A stretch of 63,987 bases of DNA, filler included, from Nitrospirota bacterium (GTDB lineage: Bacteria > UBA2233), in NCBI GenBank assembly GCA_011620345.1. It is 5 parts of 5 records of this genome, joined end to end, with 100 filler letters (N's around TTAATTAATTAA, not from the genome) between each part and the next. Parts side by side here need not be neighbours in the genome. Positions count along the whole stretch, not along the records: positions 1 to 14,458 come from WOZJ01000046.1; positions 14,559 to 28,422 come from WOZJ01000025.1; 3 more parts are not named here. One strand, 5' to 3'. The notes beneath the pieces were generated by a model. That model saw only the letters and a list, made by a program, of their open reading frames with translations. It did not search any database and was not told the origin of the DNA. The translations under genes were made by a program, and so were the position numbers. Of the stretch, positions 8,754 through 18,600 are shown one piece after another; within the stretch, counting starts at the first letter, position 1; each line of letters begins with the position of its first letter.

Positions 8754-11700
8754 ATGATCGAGCGAATCATCGAGCTATCGGCTAAAAATAAGCTGCTCGT
8801 ATTCCTTGTGTGCCTGTTCTTGGCCTTCTGGGGCGTTTATTGCTTCAACCGGGTTACACTGGACGCGCTGCCCGATCTCTCGGATACTCAGGTAATCGTC
8901 CTTGCACGTTGGGACAGACCTCCCAACATAATCGAAGACCAGCTCACCTACCCGATCGTCACCTCCCTTTTGGGGGCGCCCAAGGTAAAAACGATCCGCG
9001 GGATCTCGGACTACGGGTTTTCTTACGTCTACGTGATCTTCGAGGACGGAACGGACATCTACTGGGCCCGCTCGCGGGTTCTGGAGTACCTCTCAAAAGT
9101 GACGCCGAACCTCCCCAAGGACGCCCAGGTCGAGATAGGGCCGGATGCCACGGGCGTAGGCTGGGTCTACGAGTACGCGCTCGTGGACAGATCGGGCAAG
9201 CACACCCTTCAAGAGCTTAGGAGCTTTCAAGACTGGCAGCTCAAGTACGCCCTGCAGAGCGTACCGGGCGTGGCCGAGGTGGCGAGCCTCGGCGGTTTCG
9301 TCAAGCAATACCAGGTCATCCCCAACCCGGAAGCGCTTTTAGCATACGGAATTCCAATCGATGCGCTCGTCAGCGCCGTTCGCGCGTCAAACCAAGAGGT
9401 GGGCGCCAGGCTCCTTGAGCTTTCGGGAAGGGAGTACATGCTTACCGTTCGGGGTTATGTCCAAAACCTCGAAGACATCAAAACCGCCGTCCTTAAGGTA
9501 GACAAAAACGGAACTCCCGTAACCGTCGGCGACGTCGCCCAAGTTCGGCTTGGTCCCGAGATGCGAAGAGGCGTGGCCGAGCTAGACGGCAAGGGCGAGG
9601 TGACAGGCGGGATCGTCGTCATGCGCTACGGGGTCAACGCGCTGGAAGTGATCCGGGCGATCGAGCAAAAAATGAAAGAAGTGTCTTTCCCGGAAGGCAT
9701 CGAACTTGTCCCCACGTACGACCGCTCCGGGTTAATTCTTGAGGCCACGCACACGCTTCGAAAAAAGCTGCTCGAAGAGATGGCCGTTGTTTCAGGAGTG
9801 ATCCTCTTGTTTTTGGTTCACTTCCCTTCCGCGGTCATCCCCATCGCCACGCTGCCGTTTGCCGCGCTGTTGGCCTTCATCCCGATGTACTACCTTGGGA
9901 TCGGCGCGAACATCATGAGCCTGGGCGGGATCGCCATCGCCATCGGGGCAATGGTGGATGCCTCGATCGTCGTCGTGGAGAACGTCTACAAGCGAATCGC
10001 CGAGCCCCACGAACAAGGGCAAGGCTCGCATGATGCCGGCATCCTCGAAGCGATCAAGGAGGTCGGGAGGCCAAGTTTTTACTCTCTTTTGGTCATCGCC
10101 GTCGCCTTTACCCCCATCTTCGCGCTGGAAGCCTACGAGGGCCGGATGTTTAAGCCCTTGGCCTATACCAAAAACCTTGCCATGCTCTTTAGCGCCTGCC
10201 TGGCCATCACGCTCGACCCGGCCCTTAGGATGCTGCTAACAAGGGAAAAACGCTTTACGTTTAAGCCTGCCTGGCTTTCTCGGCTCTCCTCGGGCATCTT
10301 CGTGGGGACCTACTACCCCGAGCACCGCCATCCCGTCTCCAGGGGGCTGTTTGCCCTCTACGAGCCTTTGATCCGGTTCGTACTAAAAAGGCCTCGGGTC
10401 GTAATCTTTGCGGCATTCATCTTGTTCGTCCTCTCGATGCCATTGTTCTTCAAAATCGGCAGCGAGTTTATGCCGCCCTTAAACGAGGGATCGATTTTGT
10501 ACATGCCCACCACGCCGCCGGGCATTTCGATCACCGAGGCTTCAAAACTCCTGCAGGTTCAAGACCAAATCTTGAGCAGCTTTCCCGAAGTCGAGCGGGT
10601 CTTCGGCAAGGCGGGCCGCGCACTCACCTCGACAGACCCGGCGCCATTATCGATGATGGAGACGACGGTTCTTTTAAGGCCCCAAAACGAATGGAGAAAA
10701 AATCCCAGGTGGTACTCCGAGCACGTCCCCGAGTTTCTCCAGGGCCCTTTAAGGCTCATCTGGCCAGACCGAATAGGCTACGAAGAATTGATCGCCCAAA
10801 TGGACGCCGCGCTTAAGCTGCCTGGCCAGATCAACTCCTGGACGATGCCCGTCAAGGGCAGAATCGACATGCTCACAACAGGCATTCGTACGCCCGTAGG
10901 CATCAAGATCTTAGGAGACGACCTCTCTAAAATTGAGCGGGTCGGGGCCGATATCGAGGCAATCCTAGGCGGCCTTAAAGGAACTCGAAGCGTCTACGCC
11001 GAACGGACGGCTGGCGGGTATTACTTGGACATCCAGCCCGACCGCACCGAGCTTGCAAGGTATGGCCTTACGATCCAAGGGCTCCAAGAGACGCTGATGT
11101 CCGCCATCGGCGGGGCCAACGTCTCGGAGACAATCGAGGGCAGGGAGCGCTACCCTATCAACGTTCGGTATCCAACAGGGCGGCGTGATGATGTCGAATC
11201 CCTAAAGAGGATTTACGTCTCCACGCCGGCCGGCGCTCAGGTTCCCCTAGGGCAGCTAGCCGAACTGCGCCTAAAGACAGGCCCGGGGATGATCCGGGAC
11301 GAAAACGGCAGGCTCGCGGGCTACGTGTTCGTGGACACCCAAGGCGTGGACATAGGCAGCTACACGAGCCAGGCCAAGGCCCTCTTGAGGGATAAGCTAA
11401 AAACCCCGCCCGGCTACACGCTTACCTTCTCGGGCCAGTACGAATCGATGCAGCGGGTTGAAAAGCGAATGCGCTTCGTCGTGCCCTTGACGCTGTTTAT
11501 GATTTTTTTGCTCATCCATTTAAACACCCGTTCGTACACCAAGACGCTCATCGTCATGCTGGCCGTCCCTTTTTCGCTCATCGGGGTGGCCTGGGCCTTG
11601 TGGCTCTTGGGCTATAATTTCAGCGTGGGCGTCATGGCTGGGATCATCGCGCTCTTGGGCGTGGATGCCGAAACGGGGATCTTTATGCTGGTTTATTTGG

Positions 11701-11996
11701 ACCTGGCCTACGAGCGTCGGCTCCGTACGGGTAAAATGCAAAACCTAAAAGACCTCAAAACGGCCATCCACGAAGGGGCACTAGGCAGGGTAAGACCAAA
11801 GATGATGACGGTCATGACGACGATCGTCGGACTTCTGCCCATCATGTGGGCACAGACCTACGAGATCGGCGCGGACGTGATGAAGCGGATCGCCGCACCC
11901 ATGGTGGGCGGAATCATGAGCTCGTTTTTCATGGAGCTCCTCGTGTACCCTGCGATCTATCTCCTCTGGAAACAGAGGGGACTCCATAAAACTTAA
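8754..11996 (+). CDS. cusA: CusA/SilA heavy-metal RND permease
   Basis: DALPDLSDTQV, YWARSRVLEYL, GAMVDASIVVVEN, GSEFMPPLNEG, RPKMMT. Confidence 0.95.
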   Translation: MIERIIELSAKNKLLVFLVCLFLAFWGVYCFNRVTLDALPDLSDTQVIVLARWDRPPNIIEDQLTYPIVTSLLGAPKVKTIRGISDYGFSYVYVIFEDGTDIYWARSRVLEYLSKVTPNLPKDAQVEIGPDATGVGWVYEYALVDRSGKHTLQELRSFQDWQLKYALQSVPGVAEVASLGGFVKQYQVIPNPEALLAYGIPIDALVSAVRASNQEVGARLLELSGREYMLTVRGYVQNLEDIKTAVLKVDKNGTPVTVGDVAQVRLGPEMRRGVAELDGKGEVTGGIVVMRYGVNALEVIRAIEQKMKEVSFPEGIELVPTYDRSGLILEATHTLRKKLLEEMAVVSGVILLFLVHFPSAVIPIATLPFAALLAFIPMYYLGIGANIMSLGGIAIAIGAMVDASIVVVENVYKRIAEPHEQGQGSHDAGILEAIKEVGRPSFYSLLVIAVAFTPIFALEAYEGRMFKPLAYTKNLAMLFSACLAITLDPALRMLLTREKRFTFKPAWLSRLSSGIFVGTYYPEHRHPVSRGLFALYEPLIRFVLKRPRVVIFAAFILFVLSMPLFFKIGSEFMPPLNEGSILYMPTTPPGISITEASKLLQVQDQILSSFPEVERVFGKAGRALTSTDPAPLSMMETTVLLRPQNEWRKNPRWYSEHVPEFLQGPLRLIWPDRIGYEELIAQMDAALKLPGQINSWTMPVKGRIDMLTTGIRTPVGIKILGDDLSKIERVGADIEAILGGLKGTRSVYAERTAGGYYLDIQPDRTELARYGLTIQGLQETLMSAIGGANVSETIEGRERYPINVRYPTGRRDDVESLKRIYVSTPAGAQVPLGQLAELRLKTGPGMIRDENGRLAGYVFVDTQGVDIGSYTSQAKALLRDKLKTPPGYTLTFSGQYESMQRVEKRMRFVVPLTLFMIFLLIHLNTRSYTKTLIVMLAVPFSLIGVAWALWLLGYNFSVGVMAGIIALLGVDAETGIFMLVYLDLAYERRLRTGKMQNLKDLKTAIHEGALGRVRPKMMTVMTTIVGLLPIMWAQTYEIGADVMKRIAAPMVGGIMSSFFMELLVYPAIYLLWKQRGLHKT

Positions 11997-12018
11997 CGCT
12001 CCCTAAATGCGTAAAGCG

Positions 12019-12068
12019 TTGAGGATGTTGGTTGTTTAGGATTATAATTGGACATAGATAGTCTTATT
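12019..12068 (+). promoter_or_regulatory. Ferredoxin promoter with GAC-N7-GTC dyad (Rrf2/IscR-like)
   Basis: TTGAGG-N18-TATAAT(12043-12048); AATTGGAC-ATAGATA-GTCTTATT at 12046-12068. Confidence 0.5.
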
Positions 12069-12089
12069 TAATCCCAAGGAGGGTTCAGC

Positions 12090-12443
12090 ATGCCGTACGT
12101 TATCTCCAGCCTTTGCAGGGATTGTGTCGATACAGCCTGCGCGGCCGTCTGCCCAGTCGAGTGTATTTACGAGTACAAGGGCGAGGATAAGGAAACCTTT
12201 CCTAACCAGCTCTATATCCACCCGGATGAGTGCATCGACTGCGGCGCTTGCGAGCCGGAATGCCCTTGGCAGGCGATCTTTACGGACGAAAGCATCCCGG
12301 AAATCTTCAAGGACGACATCATACTCAACGCCAAAATTATGGACAGAAAAGACGAATTCGAGGTTGCCCAAACTCTCGAAAAGCCAAAACCTACGCCGGA
12401 AGAGGTCTTGGCCAACAAGCGCAAATGGGGGCTAGAGGCCTAA
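12090..12443 (+). CDS. Dicluster (7Fe/8Fe, FdxA-type) ferredoxin
   Basis: CxxCxxxxCxxxCP and [21 protein letters not shown]. Confidence 0.92.
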   Translation: MPYVISSLCRDCVDTACAAVCPVECIYEYKGEDKETFPNQLYIHPDECIDCGACEPECPWQAIFTDESIPEIFKDDIILNAKIMDRKDEFEVAQTLEKPKPTPEEVLANKRKWGLEA

Positions 12444-12559
12444 AGCGCCTCCGGCCCTCTTTAAAGGCGAGGATCATACCTAGGTTGAGTCAAGCCATCT
12501 GGCCGGTTTGCTGCGTCGATTTTGGCCCCTCTCCGAGCCTTCCCTCGCCCTTTTTTGCC

Positions 12560-13798
12560 ATGAATCCGAAGTACGTGCTTCGGCTGGAATCCTCTGCGCT
12601 TACCCTTTACCGACGGGGCTGCGTCCCATCCACGATCTTTGAAGGCCTGAACCCTTTTGTCTTCCTGGATACGTTTCGCGCGCAGTATGCATCCGGCCTT
12701 TTAGGGGTCGGCTACTTAGGCTACCCGCTTAGGCGCTACACCGAGCGTGCCAGCCCCCTCGGCCCTTTCTCGGCCCCATTCTCAGAGTTATTCTTCGCGT
12801 TTTTTGACCACTTCTTCTGCCTTGAAGCCGAAGGCCCAAGACTTGAGCCCCTTTCGATCGAAGGCGAAAGGCTGGGTCAAAGCTCCTTACCTCGCCTCTT
12901 GGAGGCACTCGATTCGCTCAATGGTTCATCCGAACGGGCCGGCCTCAATCCGGAAAAGGTTTTCTCAGGAACCAAGAAAGCGTCCTACTTAAGAGGCGTA
13001 CAGGAGATACTTAAGCGAATTCGAAAGGGCGACGTCTATCAGGTCAACTTAAGCCTCGAGCTCTTTGCCCAAAACGTGAATCCCGAAGCGCTCTTTGGCG
13101 CGATGACCCGTAGCTACCCGATGCCTTACCAGGCCTTCCTCCGGCTAGACCCACTAAAGAGCGTCCTGGTGAACTCCCCGGAGCTTTTTTTAGAAATCAC
13201 CCCCGATAGGCAGATCCTCACCGCGCCCATCAAAGGCAGCATGCAAAGGTCTAAAGCGGCGCACCTAGACGCTTCTTTCGCGGATGCCCTTCAAGCCTCC
13301 CCGAAGGACAGAGCCGAACACCTGATGATTGTCGATTTGATGCGCAACGATTTAGGCCGCGTGTGCAGCATCGGAAGCATCCGGGTGCAAAACCTTTTTG
13401 GACATAGGCCGTTCCCAGGGATTCACCACTTGGAAACAAAGGTTTCAGGCGAGCTTCCAAAAAGACTTGGCCTTTTCGAGGCAATAGGAAAGGCCTTCCC
13501 TGGGGGCTCGATTACCGGCGCGCCCAAAATTATGGCCATGCGCATCATCGAAGAGCTCGAGCCAACCGAAAGGAGCGTCTACACCGGGGCTCTCGGGTGG
13601 GTTTTTAGGGACCATGTACGGCTTGCCATGGCTATCCGTACCACGCTCTGCTTTGAGGGCACGGCCATGTACCCCGTAGGCGGCGGGATTGTGGCCGACT
13701 CAGACCCGGAAGCGGAATGGGACGAGACGCAGACCAAGGCCAAGCCTTTTTTACAAGCGCTTGGATTTGGAGGCGACGTTGGGCTGGATCTGGCTTAA
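12560..13798 (+). CDS. pabB: Aminodeoxychorismate/anthranilate synthase component I family protein
   Basis: GDVYQVNL, SPELF, PIKGS, KDRAEHLMIVDLMRNDLG, FPGGSITGAPK, GGGIVADS; start uncertain. Confidence 0.85.
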   Translation: MNPKYVLRLESSALTLYRRGCVPSTIFEGLNPFVFLDTFRAQYASGLLGVGYLGYPLRRYTERASPLGPFSAPFSELFFAFFDHFFCLEAEGPRLEPLSIEGERLGQSSLPRLLEALDSLNGSSERAGLNPEKVFSGTKKASYLRGVQEILKRIRKGDVYQVNLSLELFAQNVNPEALFGAMTRSYPMPYQAFLRLDPLKSVLVNSPELFLEITPDRQILTAPIKGSMQRSKAAHLDASFADALQASPKDRAEHLMIVDLMRNDLGRVCSIGSIRVQNLFGHRPFPGIHHLETKVSGELPKRLGLFEAIGKAFPGGSITGAPKIMAMRIIEELEPTERSVYTGALGWVFRDHVRLAMAIRTTLCFEGTAMYPVGGGIVADSDPEAEWDETQTKAKPFLQALGFGGDVGLDLA

Positions 13799-14458
13799 TG
13801 GCCAATTCTATTACCAAGAGGCGTTCGGGTGGCCCTTTTTTAGGTCTCGAGGGTTCCAAGAAGGGGTCTACGAGACAATCCGGTTCGATCCGGCAGGCCC
13901 TTCGCTCCTTAAGGAGCATGTATGTCGGCTCTTACACTCCAGGACGCTTCCCGTTGCAGACCTAAAGAGCAGCCTTTCCTTGGGCTACCTCGAGAAAACC
14001 CTCGGTGTGCTTTCGGAGAAAAACGGCCTCATCGGCCAAACCTCCCAGGCGAACCTCTTTGCCTATCTTGACTCCAAGCGGCTTCATCTTGCGATCAGCG
14101 TGCGCGAGATGGGGCCTTGTAAGGGCGTTGGAACCGCGATCCTCATCCCTCAGCGCCGAGATGGCCTAGAGCGCTTCTTTCAAGAAAAGACGTTCTTTGC
14201 AAGGTTCTTTTTGGATGATAAGACGAAGTATCTGCCCCCATTCCCGGAGGCGGAGGCCATTTTTTTGACGCCAGAGGGGACGCTTCTTGAAGGTGCGCGG
14301 TCCGCCCTCTTGTTTTTAAAGGACGGAGTAGCCCATGCCCCGGGCCTTGGACTCCCTATTCTGCCTTCGATCGGGCGGGCAGCCATGCTTCGGGCACTCC
14401 GCACCCAGGGCATTCCGGTACTCGAGGGACATTTCCCCGCCTCCGACCTCTTGAAGGC
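13779..14458 (+). CDS. Class IV aminotransferase / 4-amino-4-deoxychorismate lyase-like, truncated at contig end
   Basis: TTG start after GGAGG; EGVYET, HVCRL, LEGARS, ILPSIGR; follows pabB. Confidence 0.7.
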
Positions 14459-14558
14459 NNNNNNNNNNNNNNNNNNNNNNNNNNNNNNNNNNNNNNNNNN
14501 NNTTAATTAATTAANNNNNNNNNNNNNNNNNNNNNNNNNNNNNNNNNNNNNNNNNNNN
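14459..14558. other. Artificial contig spacer
   Basis: N44-TTAATTAATTAA-N44, stops in all six frames. Confidence 0.99.
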
Positions 14559-15338
14559 CCCTTGTGCCGTAACCTGCTTGTGGTCGGGCCTTAAGAGGTC
14601 CAGTTCTTCGGCCAGTTGCTTTAATAAGCCCACGAATGGATGGTTTGGCCGCTCTATTGCAAATATTCCCCCGCTTCTTTCCAATAAAAGCATCTCTTTT
14701 TCGACGGGCAGGACTCCGGCCAACTTCAGGCTTAGCCCAAGGCGGCTCTCGATAAGGTCCTTGAAGCGAACGTAGGCCTCCTTGCCGTCTGCCTCGCTGA
14801 AAGCATGGTTGATGACAACGCGAAGAGGGCCTTGTGGCAGGGATTCGGCCAGCCTTTTGAGCATCCCGTAGGTCTCGAACACGCATCCAGGTTGAGGCGT
14901 AAAAAGTAAGAATGGTAACCGGGAAACAAACGGATAGAGCGAGTCGTTGAGACAGGGAAACGCCGGCAAATCGACGATAAGGACATCAAAACGTGCCTTG
15001 AGAGATTTGAGCAGCTCGGTATTTTCGAGGTGATCCGGGTTTTCGAGCCATGCGAGCGGAAACCCGTGCGGCCCCGGATCAAAGGACTCGCCTGAAGCTT
15101 CCTCTAGGTTATCCAACCGGACGTTCGCAGGGGCCATACCAACCATGGGTGGCACGAGAAACTTCCTGCCCACGTCGACGAACAGGAGTTGTTTACCGGT
15201 TTTTACGATCATGGTAGCCAAGTTCATCAAGAGCGAGGTCGCCCCTACCCCACCCTTGGCACGAAGGCATCCTATGATCAGCGGGGCTTCGGTATCTTTT
15301 GCCTGAATTCTACGCCTGAGCTCTTCTGCCTGGTCCAA
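14559..15338 (-). CDS. flhG: FlhG/FleN MinD-like protein with degenerate P-loop, truncated at contig end
   Basis: Follows flhF; N-terminal DQAxxLR; KGGVGAT in place of KGGVGKT. Confidence 0.8.
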
Positions 15339-15353
15339 AGCCTTTCCTCTCGT

Positions 15354-16502
15354 TTACGGACGTATTTTTCCTTCGAGCAGAGCCCGTGTAAGCATTTCAG
15401 GGGTTGCCATCACGATATCGTCTGGAACTTTTTGTCCAAATGCAAGGTAGGAAACGGGAATTTTCTTCTCCGCCAAGAAGCGCCAAACGTCCCCAAAGCG
15501 CCGTGTTTCGTCCAGCTTGGTTACTATCACCCCATCTATGGGCAAGACAGAAAACGCCTCGTACCCCCGAATAAGTTCATCGTATGCCGTGGTAGCCGAA
15601 AGAACCATGACAACCTCTTGCCTTAAAGGCACGTTTGGGTTTAGCTTTAACGCACGAAGCTCGAGAATCCTAGGTTCATCGTAAGGGCTCCTGCCTGCAG
15701 TATCAACGAATACAAAGTCTGACCAGGGAAGCGAAGAAAGCTTGCCTTCGATCTCTTGAGGGTCGTTTACAACCTCGATCGGGGCCCCGATAATCTTTGC
15801 ATAGATACGGAGCTGTTCGACAGCCGCGATTCTGTAGGTATCCATCGCAAGGAACGCCACCCTGGCATCGTGGTTCAGCGACTGGTCGGCCGCCAGCTTG
15901 GCCATCGTTGTGGTTTTGCCCACGCCCGTAGGGCCTATAAAAACGACAAGCTTGCGATGGCCCCTTTCTGCCTTCAAGGGACCTCTTGCACGAATGTGGC
16001 GTTTGAGCTCATATAAAAGCGCTTCTTTGAAGCGCTCAGTGTCCATGCCCGCGGCCGCATCGAAATCTTTAAGAACACTCCGAAAGGTATCAAGGAGGCT
16101 CGGGGTATGCATTCCCTGCCCAGCGAGCGCATGGAAAAGGTCCAAGAGCTCCGGTGTGTCGGCCAGGACATCTTTAGCTTCTCTATCCAGCGTTTGCTTT
16201 TCTAAGAGATGCTTCAGAGACGTTAAGTCTTCTTTCAGGACGCTGAATGTCTCCTGGCCGTTTAGCCTCCCATACGCTGCTTGAGGATGGTTTTGAGCTT
16301 CTTCTTCAAGGAGGGAACGGGAAACACCCTCTTTCAAGACGCCCACTTCGACCCATGAGAGGCCGAACTTCTCAAGAAGTTTCCAGCGTGTATTCGTGTA
16401 GAGAACGAGCGCATCTTCGCCGTACCTTGCCCTTGCCAGTGCAAGCGCCTCTTTGGCAGTCCTTGCCCTTACCGTCTTAATGAGGTCGTTTTTGCTAGGC
16501 AT
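15354..16502 (-). CDS. flhF: Flagellar SRP-family GTPase FlhF
   Basis: GPTGVGKTTT, DTYR, DTAGRS, TKLDE, GQKVPDD; start ATG 16502. Confidence 0.93.
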   Translation of the reverse strand: MPSKNDLIKTVRARTAKEALALARARYGEDALVLYTNTRWKLLEKFGLSWVEVGVLKEGVSRSLLEEEAQNHPQAAYGRLNGQETFSVLKEDLTSLKHLLEKQTLDREAKDVLADTPELLDLFHALAGQGMHTPSLLDTFRSVLKDFDAAAGMDTERFKEALLYELKRHIRARGPLKAERGHRKLVVFIGPTGVGKTTTMAKLAADQSLNHDARVAFLAMDTYRIAAVEQLRIYAKIIGAPIEVVNDPQEIEGKLSSLPWSDFVFVDTAGRSPYDEPRILELRALKLNPNVPLRQEVVMVLSATTAYDELIRGYEAFSVLPIDGVIVTKLDETRRFGDVWRFLAEKKIPVSYLAFGQKVPDDIVMATPEMLTRALLEGKIRP

Positions 16503-18579
16503 GGACAGGCACCTTAATTTGCCCAATGACCTGAAGTTTTACCTCTGGGGGAACCTCGTTGTATGAAATTACATGCAGGCGTCGAATAAAGCGCTCCAGA
16601 ATTTTTCGGATATGCGGCCGGATTGCCGTGGAGGTCAATAGAACCGGCTCTCTTCGAAGGCTGGCGAACATGCCAAGGTTCTGATCGATTGCCTGAATAA
16701 AATCCTTGGCCAGCTGCGGGTCAAGCGCGAGATACTCCCCTTGTTCCGTTGTTCGGAGGTTTTGGGTCAGGAAATCATCGAACTCCGGGTCTATGGACAG
16801 CACATGGAGCGCTTTGTCCTGCTCGACGAGCCTTCCAACGAGACGCCTTCCAAGGGATTGTCTGACGGCCTCCGTGAGCTTTCCCACGTCTTTTGTCTCG
16901 CCCGCCCGCTCGCTGAGAGTCTCTAAAATTGTATGCATATCATAGATGCTAACACCTTCTCTTAAGAGCCCCTTTAGGACCATCTCGAGCTGCTTGTAGC
17001 TCAGGACTGTGGGCACGAGTTCCTCGACAAGCCTGGGGAACCTTGTTCTCAGCCCGTTTAAAAGCGCTTGCACTTGATCGATGTCGAGAATCTCATGGGC
17101 ATATTGCTTAATGAGCTCGCTTAGGTGGGTAACCAACACGACATCCGGCTCAACGACGGTCATCCCAACATCTTTGGCCTTTGTGCGCAACCCTGGCCGG
17201 ATCCATTTTGCCTGAAGCCCAAAAGCAGGATCGAGCGTTTCTATGCCTTCAAGTTCGATTGGGCCGCCCGAGGGGTTCATGGCCAACAACATGTTCGGCC
17301 AAGCTTCACCCTTGCCAATCTCGACCTCTTTCAGGAGAATCTTGTACTCCCTCGGCCCTAGCGCCAAGTTGTCTTTGATGTGAATGGAAGGAACGATAAC
17401 GCCCAGCTCCTTTGCAAGCTCCTTTCGCATCGCACGGACCCTAGGAAGCAGCTGCCCGCCCTGTTGTACGTCCACGAGCGGGATTAAATCCAGGCCGACC
17501 TCTACAGAAAGGAGGTCGAAGGCCAGCATGCTCTCCGGGGTTTCCTCTTCCTTTGGGAGTTCCCTGTCTATGTCCGGTAGCCCGCTTCGTTCCCTTGAAT
17601 ATATCCGGAACGCCAAGTAGGCCATGGCCGCGGCAACGACAAGGAAAGGGAGCTTTGGAAGTCCTGGAATAAGCCCAAGCAGAGCGAGAATGAGCGCGCC
17701 TAGGCCAAGCGCCCGTGATGACGCCAAGAGCTGAGAGACCATTTGGCCTGCAAACCCTCCGGGCGTGGCCGAACGTGTGATCACCACGCCTGCGCCTACC
17801 GATACTATCAACGCTGGAATCTGCGCTAAAAGCCCCTCCCCTACGGACAGGAGCGTGTATGTCCTCAGCGCTGTTCCCAAGTCTAGCCCCTGCATCAGCA
17901 CGCCGACGCTAATTCCGCCCAAGATCGCGATGGCGAGGATGATCAGGCTTGCAACGGCATCTCCCCGGATAAACTTGCTGGCACCATCCATCGCGCCGTA
18001 AAAGTCGGCCTCCTTGGAGATATCGGTCCGCCTCTTCCTGGCCTCCTCTTCGGTGATCAGCCCGGCGTTTAAGTCCGCATCGATGCTCATCTGTTTGCCC
18101 GGCATGGCGTCCAAAATGAACCGTGCCGCCACCTCGGCGATCCTTTGGGCGCCTTTTGTAATGACGACGAAATTGATCGTCACGATAATCCCAAAGATAA
18201 TGACGCCCGTTACGTAATTCCCGCCTACGACGAATTCGCCGAATGCCCGGATCACCTCTCCTGCGGCGGAGGGTCCCGAGTTTCCAAAAAGCAGGATTCT
18301 TCGTGTTGCAGCAACGCTCAAAGAGAGCCGAAAGAGGGTAATGATGAGCAAGAGTGTTGGAAAGATGCTGAAATCAAGCGGTCTCAAGATGTAGAAAGAC
18401 ACCAGAAGAACAAGGACGGCGAGAGCGATGCTGAAGCAAAGAAATAAATCGATGAGTATGGGCGGAGCGGGAACGAACAGCAGTACCACGATCGCAAAAA
18501 CGCACATAGCAAGGACGTTCTCGGCCTGGGAGATAGCCTGCCATAGGTTTTTTTTCGGGGCTTGCCCCTTTATGGCCAT
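16495..18579 (-). CDS. flhA: Flagellar export gate protein FlhA
   Basis: RIAEVAARFILDAMPGKQMSIDADL, FYGAMDGASKF. Confidence 0.96.
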   Translation of the reverse strand: MAIKGQAPKKNLWQAISQAENVLAMCVFAIVVLLFVPAPPILIDLFLCFSIALAVLVLLVSFYILRPLDFSIFPTLLLIITLFRLSLSVAATRRILLFGNSGPSAAGEVIRAFGEFVVGGNYVTGVIIFGIIVTINFVVITKGAQRIAEVAARFILDAMPGKQMSIDADLNAGLITEEEARKRRTDISKEADFYGAMDGASKFIRGDAVASLIILAIAILGGISVGVLMQGLDLGTALRTYTLLSVGEGLLAQIPALIVSVGAGVVITRSATPGGFAGQMVSQLLASSRALGLGALILALLGLIPGLPKLPFLVVAAAMAYLAFRIYSRERSGLPDIDRELPKEEETPESMLAFDLLSVEVGLDLIPLVDVQQGGQLLPRVRAMRKELAKELGVIVPSIHIKDNLALGPREYKILLKEVEIGKGEAWPNMLLAMNPSGGPIELEGIETLDPAFGLQAKWIRPGLRTKAKDVGMTVVEPDVVLVTHLSELIKQYAHEILDIDQVQALLNGLRTRFPRLVEELVPTVLSYKQLEMVLKGLLREGVSIYDMHTILETLSERAGETKDVGKLTEAVRQSLGRRLVGRLVEQDKALHVLSIDPEFDDFLTQNLRTTEQGEYLALDPQLAKDFIQAIDQNLGMFASLRREPVLLTSTAIRPHIRKILERFIRRLHVISYNEVPPEVKLQVIGQIKVPVHA

Positions 18580-18600
18580 TCTTCTTACTCTCCTAGGGGG

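Noticed and set aside
12230-12559. N-terminal extension of pabB in the ORF track (likewise cusC, motB, nifN, the kinase, can, cobS, cbiA, nth)
   Set aside because: Longest-ORF artefacts overlapping upstream genes or promoters; downstream starts fit better
14459-14558. Repeated TTAATTAATTAA flanked by Ns (four copies)
   Set aside because: Assembly linker, not a biological repeat; gene adjacency across linkers (e.g. nif next to efflux genes or carbonic anhydrase) has no meaning
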